Assembly: GCA_963702435.1 (NCBI GenBank)
Contig: CAVPCR010000005.1
Location: 160,001 to 224,000, forward strand
Direction of reading: 5' to 3'
Origin: Candidatus Eiseniibacteriota bacterium
GTDB taxonomy: Bacteria; Eisenbacteria; RBG-16-71-46; CAVPCR01
Length of the DNA: 64,000 bases
The position numbers and the translations under genes were made by a program. A model generated the notes under the pieces. It was not told where the DNA came from, did no database searches, and worked only from the letters and a program-made list of their open reading frames with translations. Position 1 is the stretch's first letter. Each line of letters begins with the position of its first letter. Positions 49,021 to 59,870 of this stretch are shown piece by piece.

Positions 49021-52000
49021 ATGCGAGCGAACATCGGGTTCACTTGCTGCTGGATCGGAGCGCTGTTCATCATCGCGGCGACTTCGGCGGTGGCGGTCAG
49101 CGCGGAACCCGAGCCACCCGCCGGCGATGAGCCGATCAAGTCGATGGGCTTCCCGCCCACCTGGAAGCCGAGCGCGGGGGCCATGCTCGACTGGGACCGG
49201 CGCGGACCGGGGAGCGAGCTCGGCGCCGAGTTCCATGCCTCGATCTACCGCGATCTCCTGAACCCCGCCACTGCCGCCCTCGGCTGGGCCGGCGAGGGGT
49301 ACGTGCGCTACGTGGGCGAGGAGCCCGACGGCGGCCTCCGCCTCTTCCTCGCGAGCCCGGCCGCGGAGCTCCAGCTCGGCGTGGACTACTCCTTCCGGGA
49401 AGACCAGGTCGACTTCGTCCTGTCGTTGACCCCGGCGTTTCGCCGCGGCGGGCTCTTCGGCGTGGGCGACCATCTCCGGATCGACTGGTACCCGGAGCGC
49501 GACAACTCGTTCATGTTCGGCATCGGCGTGCCGCTCGGGCAGCCCCACATGGGGAAGACCAGGCCGCGCGACAAGCAGGTCGAGCTGCCGAAGCCGGCGG
49601 CGCGCGAAATGCCGGCAGGAGCAGCGTATGAGCCCGGTCCCGATCTCCGCGCCGCACTCGAGAACGTGCGCCATGCCGCCACCGCGATCCAGAGCTGCAC
49701 GGTCCCGTTCCTCGATCGCGAGATGAGCACCGACCCGGAGGACCTGGCCGTCGCGAAGGAACACCTGCGCGCGTTCCAGGAGCACAGCGCCCGGGTCAGC
49801 GACCTCTATCCGGACGGACACAGCTTCGCCGCCGAGATCGAGGTCTACCACCGGGAGCTCGAACGCGCCTTCGCGCTGGCCGCCGGCGGCGGCCCGGATC
49901 CCCGAGCGCGCTGCGCCATCCTCGCGGCCGCCGCGCGCGCGATCCTCCTCGACCAGGTCATCCTCCCCTACGATCGTCTTCTCGGCGAGCGCAAGAAGCA
50001 TGACTCGCTCCTCGGCTACGGCGCGGCCGCGCGGCGCGCCTTCGCCGACTCGCTCGCGGCGCAAACCGATCTCGCCGCCGCGCAACGCGATGCAGCCTGC
50101 TACGTCTTCGACTCGGTTCTCGCCGCGATGGAGGAGAACCGGGACGCGATGCGCAAGGACTGGGGGGACTCGCGTCTGGTATGGATCCCGCTCCACTACG
50201 CGCTTCGCCCGAGCGATCTCGACACCCAGGCCGAGCTCGATGCGCTGATCGAGAGGGCGGTGGAAACCGAGTTCACCGCGGCCAACCATCTCGCCTACAT
50301 CACCAGCGAGGACTCCCTGGTCGAGATCGCGCGCATGATCCGGAGCGCCAAGGAGTACCACGTGCTCTGGATCCATGACTACCGGGGGCTCGACGGCGAC
50401 GGGGATCCGGACGCGCTCGCGCTCCAGATGACGATCGAGTATCTCAAGTCGCTGGCGGAGCGTGCTCGCGCCTACGACACGACGCACCGGCTCCCGGCCT
50501 ACTTCATCTTCTTCGACGAGATGTACTACCAGGCCAACCAGGGCCGCCTCTACCTCGAGCTGCTCGCCGATCCGCTGCGCCACGAGATGAAGCTCCCGGC
50601 GGAGTTTGCGGCCGGCGAACGCGCGCTCCGCGCGGCCCAGGACGAGCTCCGGGCCGCGGTCGCGGGCTCGGCCACACTCCAGGCCGATGCGGAGCGCTAC
50701 GGACAGAAGTGGCTCGCGAACCGGATCAAGGTGCACGTCAGCGTGACCAATCCGGCGGATGTGTCCTTCCGCAGCGAGAGCCTCGTCCCGTACCTGAACT
50801 TCGTCCCCGATCTCCTCATGCGCGACCACCGGAAGATCTCGTTCCGGGATGTGACGGAGAGCGACCCCGGCCGCGGCGAGGCCCTGTTCACCGGCCGCGG
50901 AGTGGGCGAGCACTATGTCGGGCCGACCTGGGAGGACCGCTCGATCCTGGTGCGCGGTCCAGCCATCCTCGGCCTCAAGGCGGCGGCGCGGGAGCTCCTC
51001 CTCTCCCAGGGGTTCAAGGGCGAAGAGATCCCGGCCGTGTTGCGGCCGCTACCGATGCCGGCGGACTACGCGGTGCGGATCGCCACGCTACGCGAGCGGG
51101 GCTGGCGCGACACTGCACTCCAGGTGCAGAACGCCACCGGGTTCGGGGCCAAGACCTCCAATGTGGTCAAGGCCATCTGCTACACGGTGATGCCGGCCGG
51201 CTCCTACCTCTTCACCCCGGATTCGCTCTGGGACGGCCCGCTCTGGGGCGCGATGCAGTGCGGGGCGGCGCTCCGCGGCTGCCGCGTCTTCCCCGTCTGC
51301 CCATCGCTCAACAACGCGCCGAGCGAAGGTCTCCCGCAGATGACCCGGACGGGCGAGCTGTTCACCCGCTTTCTCTTGATCAACCGGTATCTCGGCGACC
51401 AGATCGCGGCGGCCGGCGGCCTGCTCAAGCCAGGGGTCTACACCAACGACATCCCGGTCGGCGATACCGACAAGATCATCCTGGCGGTCAAGAAGAACCT
51501 GGATCGATATCCGTTCCTCCGGCCGGCCTTTCCCTTTGACGAGGAAGTTGTCGCCGGCCTGTTCACCTTCGCCGACACCCTCGCGGCACGCGGCGTGGAG
51601 CGGCAGTACCTCGCAGTCGACAAGCGGGAACGCATGCCGAAGATGCACCTCAAGGTGAACTTCTTCGCCACCGCAGAAGCGCTTGCGGCCTACGCCCCGC
51701 GGCCCGAGTGGAAAGCGGTCTTGAACCCGAAGATCGCGGACCTGGCCGGCTGGCTGGAAGGGCCGCCGCTCAGCGGGCTCGACCAGCCGACAGCTGTCGA
51801 ACCCACGGCCGAGCGCTGGCACGAGACGCTGGCGGGCCTCACGAGCGCCGTGAGTCCCGAGGAGGGGTCCAAGTCCGTGCTCTATCTCACGGTGGGTTCG
51901 CAGAACATGAACTACCGTTCGCTGATTCTCGACGGAGAGGTCTCCTGCGTCGTCGCCGGACCGTCGGCGCTCATCGGCTACGTTGACTGCCTGCGCATCC

Positions 52001-52107
52001 TCGGTCTCTCCACCTGGGTCGAGGACCAGAAGGTGCTCGAGGCCCTGCTCCCGGCCCCCGAGGGGCTCATGGGCAAGCTCGGGCGCTGGATCAAGTACGC
52101 GATCTGA
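49021..52107 (+). CDS. Large exported phospholipase D-superfamily protein with an N-terminal beta-rich region
   Basis: Signal peptide; HRKISFRD (HxKxxxxD); second site MHLK ... TVGSQNMNYRSLILDGE. Start may be 49015. Confidence 0.72.
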   Translation: MRANIGFTCCWIGALFIIAATSAVAVSAEPEPPAGDEPIKSMGFPPTWKPSAGAMLDWDRRGPGSELGAEFHASIYRDLLNPATAALGWAGEGYVRYVGEEPDGGLRLFLASPAAELQLGVDYSFREDQVDFVLSLTPAFRRGGLFGVGDHLRIDWYPERDNSFMFGIGVPLGQPHMGKTRPRDKQVELPKPAAREMPAGAAYEPGPDLRAALENVRHAATAIQSCTVPFLDREMSTDPEDLAVAKEHLRAFQEHSARVSDLYPDGHSFAAEIEVYHRELERAFALAAGGGPDPRARCAILAAAARAILLDQVILPYDRLLGERKKHDSLLGYGAAARRAFADSLAAQTDLAAAQRDAACYVFDSVLAAMEENRDAMRKDWGDSRLVWIPLHYALRPSDLDTQAELDALIERAVETEFTAANHLAYITSEDSLVEIARMIRSAKEYHVLWIHDYRGLDGDGDPDALALQMTIEYLKSLAERARAYDTTHRLPAYFIFFDEMYYQANQGRLYLELLADPLRHEMKLPAEFAAGERALRAAQDELRAAVAGSATLQADAERYGQKWLANRIKVHVSVTNPADVSFRSESLVPYLNFVPDLLMRDHRKISFRDVTESDPGRGEALFTGRGVGEHYVGPTWEDRSILVRGPAILGLKAAARELLLSQGFKGEEIPAVLRPLPMPADYAVRIATLRERGWRDTALQVQNATGFGAKTSNVVKAICYTVMPAGSYLFTPDSLWDGPLWGAMQCGAALRGCRVFPVCPSLNNAPSEGLPQMTRTGELFTRFLLINRYLGDQIAAAGGLLKPGVYTNDIPVGDTDKIILAVKKNLDRYPFLRPAFPFDEEVVAGLFTFADTLAARGVERQYLAVDKRERMPKMHLKVNFFATAEALAAYAPRPEWKAVLNPKIADLAGWLEGPPLSGLDQPTAVEPTAERWHETLAGLTSAVSPEEGSKSVLYLTVGSQNMNYRSLILDGEVSCVVAGPSALIGYVDCLRILGLSTWVEDQKVLEALLPAPEGLMGKLGRWIKYAI

Positions 52108-52115
52108 GCACGGGA

Positions 52116-52853
52116 CTAGCCGCGCCGCCAGGCGAGGACCGTGTAGCAGGAGAACCAGCTCTCGCCGCGCGCCGCGGCGGCGCGCACGCGCTCCATCCCG
52201 CGCTCGTGCGCCGCGGGCGGGATGAGCCGCATCGCCGACGAGCACCGGGCCGCGAGCTTGGCGATGAAGTCCTCGTCGAGCGGGATGTACCCGGTGGCGG
52301 GCTCCTCGCTCACCGCGGCCAAGCCCGCCCCTTTCGCCGCAGCGTGCAGGTCGTCGAACGTCGGATAGCGGGCGAGCTCGATCGCGAGGATCTCCGGGAA
52401 GAAGTGGGTGAGGCTCCGCTGGCGCATGGTCTCCTCGGAATCGGTGACGACGAGGAGACTGCCGCCGGGGACGAGAATGCGGGCGGCCTCGGCGAAGAAG
52501 ATGTCGAGGCGACACAAGTGGTGGACGACGTCGACGGCGAAGGCGAGAGCCGTCGATCCGTCCGCGTAGGGGAACGCTTGATCCGCGTCGCTGGTCGTCC
52601 ACTCGACGGCGGAGGAGCGGCCGCGGGCGACTTGGAGCATCTCCGGCGTCAAGTCGAAGCCCTTGTACACCCGGCCGGGAACGGCGGTGGCCAGCGCGAT
52701 CACGTAGTTCCCGGTCCCGCATCCGATCTCGACGATGGCCACCCCCGGAGGCACGGCCCGCGCCGCCCGCGCGAGCGGGGCGAGGATCCAGGGGACCGCG
52801 GAGCGCGTTTGCGCATACAAGGGCGCGTACGCATGGTAGTCCATCCCGCTCAT
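52116..52853 (-). CDS. Class I SAM-dependent methyltransferase
   Basis: IVEIGCGTG, GFDLTPEML, RILVPGG; ATG overlaps the upstream TGA. Confidence 0.9.
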   Translation of the reverse strand: MSGMDYHAYAPLYAQTRSAVPWILAPLARAARAVPPGVAIVEIGCGTGNYVIALATAVPGRVYKGFDLTPEMLQVARGRSSAVEWTTSDADQAFPYADGSTALAFAVDVVHHLCRLDIFFAEAARILVPGGSLLVVTDSEETMRQRSLTHFFPEILAIELARYPTFDDLHAAAKGAGLAAVSEEPATGYIPLDEDFIAKLAARCSSAMRLIPPAAHERGMERVRAAAARGESWFSCYTVLAWRRG

Positions 52854-55438
52854 GGCGACCCATCCGGCGCTGGCGCGTCGCGCCACGCGCTCTCGCCGCG
52901 TGCGAGCGACCAGTCGTCGCCGAAGAAGCCGGCGCCGCGCACGCCGCCGGAACCGCGCTCGAGCATCTCGACCCCGAGCACGATCCAGTCCGGATAGGCG
53001 ACTCCCGACGTGAACACCGGCAGCTGATCGGTGAGGCGCAGGCCAGGAAGTCCCGTGCCGGCGATGACGCCGACCGCCGCCACGTCGCTGCCGAGGCGCG
53101 GATAGATGAAGAGGCAGGCGAGGTCCTCCCCGGCGAGGCGCCTCTCCCCCACCACGACCGCCTCGCGCGACACGGTGAGCGGGCAATTCGCGGGGAGAAC
53201 CGCCGGCCACACCGCGTTGGTCGTCGCGTTGCCATAGAGGATGACGTTGCGATCGCGCGCCGCGGCGGCATCGAAACGGGAGTCGGGCAGGATGTCGACC
53301 GCGCCGTTGCCGCGGACGAGGAAGGTCTCGGCATCGAAACGCGCCCGGGAGTAGGCCCACTCGTTCTCCGCGGCCGTGCCCTGCGTGCCGTAGACGAAGA
53401 GCATCCGGTTCGCGAACGCCTCCTTGAACGGACCGGCGCGGTGCGGTCCCTTGAGGGCCGCCGGGGGCGGCGGACCCGGGCGGAGATCCCCCGCCCGGTC
53501 GCGCGCGAGATACAGCACGGAGCCGCGCTCCGGCCACTCGACGGCCGCCGGTCCGCCGCCGTCGATCGCGAGCACGAGCGGCGCTCCGGGCGCGAGCGCC
53601 GCGCTCGTGTCGCCGGCGGCCGTCGCCGTATCTCCCGCCGCCGCGACGAAGGGTTCGAGATCGAGGGCCAGGCGGCGGACGTTCTCGGTCGCGAGCGTGA
53701 GCGCGCGCCGCGCGGGCTCGATCGTCGCCTCGACCCGGCTCGGGCAGAGAGGCCGCTCCTGCGCCGCGATCGTCACCCAGCCCGCCTGCGCCGAGATCGC
53801 GGGATTCACGGTCGTGAAGTCGACGTGCAGCCGCGTCCGCTCCGCCGGCAGCCGGCGCCCGGCGAGGAAGGCGAAGAGCGGCGGCCAGTCCACGCAGGCA
53901 TCTCCCCACCAGTGTCCCGCACCCGGCTCCTCGTGATAAGCCCAGTCCGGATGGAAGGTGCCGAGGCGAGCGCGCATCGCGCGCGCCTCGCTGACCGGCA
54001 CGTTGTCGTCCGCAGCACCGTGCAGCACGTAGACGCCGGTCGCGGCCAGGTTCCGCTCGAGGAGGAGCGTGCGGCTCGGGTTCGCGGCGCGAACCAGGAG
54101 CGATTCGACGGCGGTCGGCGCCGGCCACTCGGCGGCGCCGGCGTACGACCAGAAGTCGATCCAGCCGGCGCTCGGGGCGATGGCGGCAAAGCGATGCGCG
54201 AAATGCGCACCGAGCTGCCAGGTGCCGTGACCGCCCATCGAGTGGCCCGTGAGATGGATGCGCTCCGGATCGGGACGGAAGAGGGCCGTCGCGCAGGCGA
54301 GCACCTCGAGCGCGTCCCGGCGTCCCCAGTCCTCCCAGTCGAAGCCGAACGGGCGGCGATTGGTCGGCGCGACGATCACGGCCCAATCCTTCGGCGCGTA
54401 GGCGGCGGCCTGATTCACGGCCTCGACGCCGGCCCCGTGCAGGGTCAAGACGAGCGCGGGCGGCGTCCGCGCCGCGCGGTCCCGCCGCGGCGTCACTGCG
54501 AAGTACTGCACGCTCCCGTCGATCGCGCTCCGGAAGGTGCGGCGGTGGCGGGCGGAGGGCCGGCGGACGCCGAGGGCGAGCGTGGCCGCATGCGCCGGGC
54601 GACCCGCGGCGTCGCGGAGCTTGAGGACGAGAGCGAGCTTCGCGTCGGTTCCAGGGGTCACGCGTGGCGGCGGGACGATGGCGACGGCCGCCTTCCGCGC
54701 GGTGAGCGGCGCCAGCGGCGGCAATGCGGTCACCGCTGACGGCCCCTCGCCGGCGACCGCCGCGAGCGTCCAGCCCTCCTGCCAGGCCGCGGTCGCATTG
54801 GTGACGAGGATGCCGGCCCACAGGGTGTCGCTCTCCCCGGCGAGGAGATCGGGGAGCGTCGCATCGCCCGGCTCGATGAAGACCGAAGCCGGCGGGGCGA
54901 GGAGAGCGGCCGTGATCCGGCCGCGCCCCGCGCGGAAGACGAGCTCGTTCTCTCCGGCGCGGAGATTCACGGGGAAGCGCGATAATCCGAGCTCGTAGGG
55001 ATCGCCTCCGCGCGGCTCGCCGTTGACGATCGCGCTCCGGTGGCCACGGGCGGCGAGGAGGTAGACGCCGGCCTGCGGCAGGTCCACCGTTGCGACCGCG
55101 GTGCCGCCGGCGAGCGCCGAGTCGGCGAACCAGCCGTCCGCGCCGGCGACGAGACGGCGCCAGGCGTTTCGCGTGCCGTCCGGAAAGGCGACTTCCGCGC
55201 CGGGGCGCGGCGTGCTCCACGTGCCGCGCACGCGCACCAGCTCGATGAGATCGACCGGCACCGGCGTGCGGCGGGGCTCCGCCGCGGGCTCGATGACCAG
55301 GAGCTCGGCGATCCGGAGCGTGTCGCCAGTCGCTGCCGCCCCGAGCGCCGGGGCGGCGGGGAAGAGATGCACGAGGAGGAGACGCGCGAGGAGGAGGGCG
55401 GCCGGGACGGAGCCCGGCCCCAGGCGAGAGGCGCGCAC
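52850..55438 (-). CDS. Exported alpha/beta-hydrolase (S9 peptidase/esterase-like), multidomain
   Basis: Signal-like N-terminus from GTG 55438; LTLHGAG, nucleophile elbow GHSMGG, LHGAADDNVP, GHWW. Confidence 0.85.
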   Translation of the reverse strand: MRASRLGPGSVPAALLLARLLLVHLFPAAPALGAAATGDTLRIAELLVIEPAAEPRRTPVPVDLIELVRVRGTWSTPRPGAEVAFPDGTRNAWRRLVAGADGWFADSALAGGTAVATVDLPQAGVYLLAARGHRSAIVNGEPRGGDPYELGLSRFPVNLRAGENELVFRAGRGRITAALLAPPASVFIEPGDATLPDLLAGESDTLWAGILVTNATAAWQEGWTLAAVAGEGPSAVTALPPLAPLTARKAAVAIVPPPRVTPGTDAKLALVLKLRDAAGRPAHAATLALGVRRPSARHRRTFRSAIDGSVQYFAVTPRRDRAARTPPALVLTLHGAGVEAVNQAAAYAPKDWAVIVAPTNRRPFGFDWEDWGRRDALEVLACATALFRPDPERIHLTGHSMGGHGTWQLGAHFAHRFAAIAPSAGWIDFWSYAGAAEWPAPTAVESLLVRAANPSRTLLLERNLAATGVYVLHGAADDNVPVSEARAMRARLGTFHPDWAYHEEPGAGHWWGDACVDWPPLFAFLAGRRLPAERTRLHVDFTTVNPAISAQAGWVTIAAQERPLCPSRVEATIEPARRALTLATENVRRLALDLEPFVAAAGDTATAAGDTSAALAPGAPLVLAIDGGGPAAVEWPERGSVLYLARDRAGDLRPGPPPPAALKGPHRAGPFKEAFANRMLFVYGTQGTAAENEWAYSRARFDAETFLVRGNGAVDILPDSRFDAAAARDRNVILYGNATTNAVWPAVLPANCPLTVSREAVVVGERRLAGEDLACLFIYPRLGSDVAAVGVIAGTGLPGLRLTDQLPVFTSGVAYPDWIVLGVEMLERGSGGVRGAGFFGDDWSLARGESAWRDAPAPDGSP

Positions 55439-55445
55439 GGCGCGC

Positions 55446-56057
55446 TCAGTCCTGCCAGTGCCGCTTGCTGCGTGCATGGGCCCACGCGATGAGCGCCGGA
55501 TCGCGCGCCGCCGCGGTGGAGAGGAGCTCCCCGCGCGGCCGCTTGCCGGTCCGCCCGAGATCGAGCCGATCGGCGTCCCAGCAAGCACCGACAGTCGGGT
55601 CGGCGGACAGGAGCCCGTCGCTGTGCCCGGCGCAGGCGGTGGCGAGGAGCGCCAACGCGCCGTCGTCGAGCTCGAACTCCCGCCCGCGCAGCGCGCCGGC
55701 GAAGGCGGCGGCCCGCCGCCCGTGCCCGCGATCCCCGCCCTCGTCGCGGCGCTTCGCGTCGTGCAGGAAGGCGAAGAGCTCGACGACGGTCGAATCGACG
55801 CCCGTCGCCGCCGCGGCGATGCGGAGGCCGTTCTCGCGGACGCGGATCCAGTGCGCCACGCCGTGCGTCCCGTACCAGTCGAGGGCGAACTGCTCCCGGA
55901 GCGCGCGCACGAGCTCCGGCGTGATCGCATCGCTCCACGCGACGCCGTCCGCGCTCGCGCCCCGCTCGTCGTCCATGCCCGCGCCCCGCTCGTCGTCCAT
56001 GCCCGCGCCCCGCTCGTCGTCCATGCCCGCGCTCCGCTCCTCGTCCATGCCGCTCAC
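55446..56057 (-). CDS. HD-domain phosphohydrolase-like protein with a repeat-derived N-terminus (start uncertain)
   Basis: HGVAHWIRV, FAFLHDAKR, GHGRRAA, CWDADRLDLGR. Confidence 0.88.
   Translation of the reverse strand: MSGMDEERSAGMDDERGAGMDDERGAGMDDERGASADGVAWSDAITPELVRALREQFALDWYGTHGVAHWIRVRENGLRIAAAATGVDSTVVELFAFLHDAKRRDEGGDRGHGRRAAAFAGALRGREFELDDGALALLATACAGHSDGLLSADPTVGACWDADRLDLGRTGKRPRGELLSTAAARDPALIAWAHARSKRHWQD
55957..56052 (-). repeat. 24-bp tandem repeat x4 at the start of the HD gene
   Basis: Encodes GMDEERSA, then GMDDERGA x3; each unit contains an ATG. Confidence 0.93.
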
Positions 56058-59000
56058 TTCTCGTTCCGGTAGGCCTCGCGGTTCCGCGCCCGCACCGGGC
56101 CGAACGCGGCCTTGACCGGCGGCTTCTCGGCATGGAGGCGCAGGACCTCCTGAATCCCGCGCTCGAGCTGCGCGTCGATCCCCTTCGCCACCTCCTCCGG
56201 CCGGTTGTCGAGCTCGATGTCGGGGATGACGCCGCGGTTCTCGAGCTCCCAACCCACGTGCGGGTCCCAGTAGGCGTACTCGGGCTGGGTCAGCATGCCG
56301 CCGTCGACCAGCGGCTTGTCGCCGCGGAGACCGACCACTCCGCCCCACGAGCGCGTCCCGATCACCGGGGCGAGCTTCTCGAGCTGCACCGACATCGGGA
56401 AGATGTCGCCGTCAGACCCGGCGAACTCGTTGGTGAGCACAACGAAGGGCCCGTTCAACGTGCGATAGGGATAGGTGTAGACGCCGCCGCCGCGGGCGCG
56501 GTCGAAGCTCACGATCTTCCGCCGCAGCCGCTCGAGGATGAGCTGCGAGACGAAACCGCCGCCGTTCCACCGCGCATCCACGATCAGCCCCTCCCTGTCG
56601 AGCTGCGGATAGAACCAGGTGTCGAAGCGGGTGAGCCCGTCCGCGTCCATGTCGGGGAGATGGAGGTAGCCGATCCGGCCGCCGGTCTTCTCCGCCACGT
56701 ACTCGCGATTGCGGCGCACCCAGTCGACATAGCGGAGCGGTTGCTCGCTCTTGAGCGGCGTCACGACCACGTCGCGGGCGTCCTTCGCGCTCGGTCGCGA
56801 GTTGACCGTGAGGAGGACCGGTTTCCCGGCGAGGGCGGCCAGACTCGCGAGGAACGCCTCGCCGGCCGCGAACGGCCGGCGGTTCACGGCCAGGATGTAG
56901 TCCCCTTCCTTCACCTCGACGCCGGGCTCGGCGAGCGGCGAGCGCACGATGTCCGCCGCATCTCCCCGGTAGATGCGGGTCACCTTGAACGCATCGCCCT
57001 CGCGCACGAGGTCGGCGCCGAGGAGCCCGGTCGCGACCGCCGGCACCGTCACGCCGCGGTCGCCGCCCCAGACATAGGTGTGCGAGGTCGAGAGCTCGCC
57101 GATCATCTCGGCGATCAGATCGCGGAGGTCGGCGCGGCTCCCGAGCCGCGGGAGGAGTGTTGCGTACTGGTCGCGGATCGCGGGCCAGTCGACCCCGCCC
57201 ATGCCCGGATCCCAGTAGAAGTCGCGCTCGAGCCGCCACGCCTCGTAGTACATCTGCTCCCACTCGGCGCGCGGGTCGAGCTCGATCACCATCCCGTCGA
57301 GCGCGAGCTTCGCGTCGGCGAGGTCCTCCTCGGCGGGCGCGGCGCCGCCGTCCACCACGTAGATCTCGCCCTTCTTCTTCATCACCGCGAGCCGGCCCGA
57401 GTGCGGAGCGAGGGCGTAGGTGGTGACGCCCTCCATGAAGAGCTCCTCCTCCTTGGCCACGAGGTCATAGGAGTAGAGATCGTTCCTCGGCTCCTCGCTC
57501 TCGAGCTCGCTGATGCCGACGATCGGGGCCGACAGGTAGAAGAGCTTGTCCCTGGCCGCCGTGAGTCCCATGTAGAGACCGGGCTCGACCGGCACCTCGA
57601 CCACGCGGGCGGCGAGGCCGTCGAAGTCGATCCCCACCGACTCGAGATCCTCGCCCGGCTTCTGCCGCGCCTTCTCCTCCTCTTCCTTCTCGCGCGCCCA
57701 CTTCTCGTCCGCCGCTTCGGCGCCCGGGAGGCCGGCGAGCGGCGCGAACGGATTCTCGACGTCCTTCCGGAGCAGCATGACGTAGGGCTTGATGGTGGCG
57801 AGCTCGACATTCGAGAAGTCGCGCGCCCCCCAGCTGGTGACCGGATCCACCGTGCGCTCGCTCAGGAAGAAGAGATAGCGACCGTCGGGATCCCACACCG
57901 GTTCCGTGTCGCTCGTGTGGGGCCCGCTCACCACGTGCGTCTTCCAGTCGCGCGTGTCGAAGATCGAGATGGTCGAGAACTCGGACCGAGGGAGCTTTGC
58001 GTAGGCGAGCCACCGCCCGTCCGGACTCCACGTGTAGTGGCGGATCTCCCCCTGCTCGCTCCGGTCCACGCGGTGGATCTCGCCGCCGGCGGCCGGCATC
58101 ACGTAGAGGGTCTGCGTCTCGTCGCTGTAGGCGATCCACTTGCCGTCGGGCGAGGGGACCGGCGGATAGTGCCAGCCCGTGCTGTCGCCGGCGGGCGCGA
58201 GCGGCTTCGCCTCGCCGCGGCCCCACGCATCCACCGTGTAGATCCGCTCCTCGCGCCCGGCGTCGCTCACGTAGAAGAGCCGTTCGCCCCTTGCATCGAA
58301 GAGGGCGAACTTCTCGCGCGAGCCGCTCCCGCCCGAGATCGGGAGAGTCACCCCGCTCACGCCGTCCGTCTTGACCGGCACGACGAAGATCTCGCCGCGG
58401 CTCACGACCGCGACCCGGTCGCCGTCGGGCGCGAGATCGAAGTAGGTCACGTACTGCTCGGGATTCGGGTAGCGCACGCGGGTGAGCGCCCGCTCGCTCG
58501 GGAGGTCGATCGCGAGCTTCACGTCGGTGCCGTACGCCGGGTCGAAGAGATGGATGTCGCCGGCGCGCATGTAGACGATGCGGCCGTCCGGCCCCATCGC
58601 CGGCCAGCGCGCATCCCACGACCCGCCGTCGGTGTGCCGCCGGCGATCCGTCCCGTCGGCGGCCATGGACCAGATGTTCGCTCGTGCCGCCCTCGTCGCA
58701 GCGGAAGTATATGCGTCCCGCGTGCCACATCGGGAAGCCGTCCGGGCCGGCGAAGCTCGTGATCTTCCGCCAGTCGGCGCGTTCGGGATGCCCGACCCAG
58801 ATGTCGGTCGCGGAGCCGCCCCGGTAGCGCTTCCAGGAGGCGTCCTCGGAGTACGAGCTCCGGGTGAAGGCCCATTGCCCGCTCGTCGGGTTGATGTCGA
58901 TCAGCGCGGCGTAACCGAGGGGCAGCTTCTCCGGATCGCCGCCGGCCGCGGCGACCGAGTAGAGCTCCCAGTTGCCGTGTGGCTCCTCGCGGCTCGAGCG

Positions 59001-59378
59001 GAAGAGGATGCGCGAGCCGTCCGGGGTCCAGCCCACCACGTCGTCCGCGTCGGGATGCCAGGTCAGGCGCCGCGGCTCGCCGCCGGCGATCGAGATCAAG
59101 TACACGTCGCGGTTCCCGTCGTACTCGCCGGTGAACGCGATCGTCCGCCCGTCCGGCGAGAAGCGCGGGTAGTACTCGTAGCCGTCATGCGTCGTGAGCC
59201 GCCGGCTGCCCCCACCCTTGTCGGTCGTCATCCAGAGATCCGACTCGGCGACGAAGATGACCATCGAGCCGTGGATGTCGGGATGGCGGAGGTAGCCGGT
59301 GGCGGCGGCGGCCGGGGCGGAGGGGGTGGCCACGACGGCGACCGAGAGTGACAGGAGCGCGAGAACGAGCGGACGCAT
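56054..59378 (-). CDS. Tricorn protease homologue (S41: beta-propellers, PDZ, catalytic domain); one frameshift near 58683
   Basis: Signal peptide, GYLRHPDI, WKRYRGG, SHTYVWGG, IGYLHLPDM, DARWNGGG, AGSDGDIF, GTRSWGG. Removing one base near 58683 restores ...GGTANIWSMAADG. Confidence 0.92.
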
Positions 59379-59598
59379 CGGTGATCCCTCATGTGGAACC
59401 GCTGGCAGACAACGATGGCTCCGGAGGGTACTCCTCGTCCGCCAGGGCTGCAATGCCGCGCCCAGGTGCGCCGCTCTCGTCAGCCCCGCTCGGTACGGCT
59501 GGGACGCATGAACGAGCCTCCGCGCTTGCCGGCGCGGACCGGACCCGTCCCACCTCCGGGTAGCGGGCCCGCGGTCGGTCTACGTCCGGGGCGTTGCC

Positions 59599-59699
59599 AC
59601 CTGCCCCGCGTCAAACGCTGTCGGGTCTTGCGAACTCCTCGTGCGGCCCTCCCTTGACCTGCCCCGCGTCAAACGCTGTCGGGTCTTGTGAACTCCTCG
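59599..59699 (+). repeat. 43-bp direct repeat x2 (one mismatch, 15-bp gap)
   Basis: ACCTGCCCCGCGTCAAACGCTGTCGGGTCTTGYGAACTCCTCG at 59599-59641 and 59657-59699. Confidence 0.92.
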
Positions 59700-59870
59700 G
59701 TGGAGAGCGCAAGACCGGTAAAGGCGCACATTGCACGAACCGTACCGCTGGAAGAAGAGAGGATCCCGGAGACAATGTCCTTCTCGAGCGTTAGCGCGCC
59801 ACGCGCCCGCCAGCTCATCTTCGAGTGCTCACGCCGTTGTCACTTTCGACAACTACGCTTCAGACGCGGC

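Noticed and set aside
47509..50913. 1134-aa minus ORF and 1268-aa plus ORF (48301..52107) taken at full length
   Set aside because: Each 5' extension is the antisense of the other gene; signal peptides place the starts at 48942 and about 49021.
52116..55220. 1034-aa ORF ending in a methyltransferase domain
   Set aside because: The first ~790 aa are an off-frame reading of the hydrolase gene; the real start is 52853.
58670..58695. Programmed frameshift in the tricorn gene
   Set aside because: No slippery run at the site; a single extra base explains it, consistent with the indel errors seen elsewhere.
59599..59699. Possible mini-CRISPR (two 43-bp repeats)
   Set aside because: Only two copies, a 15-nt gap too short for a spacer, and no cas genes.
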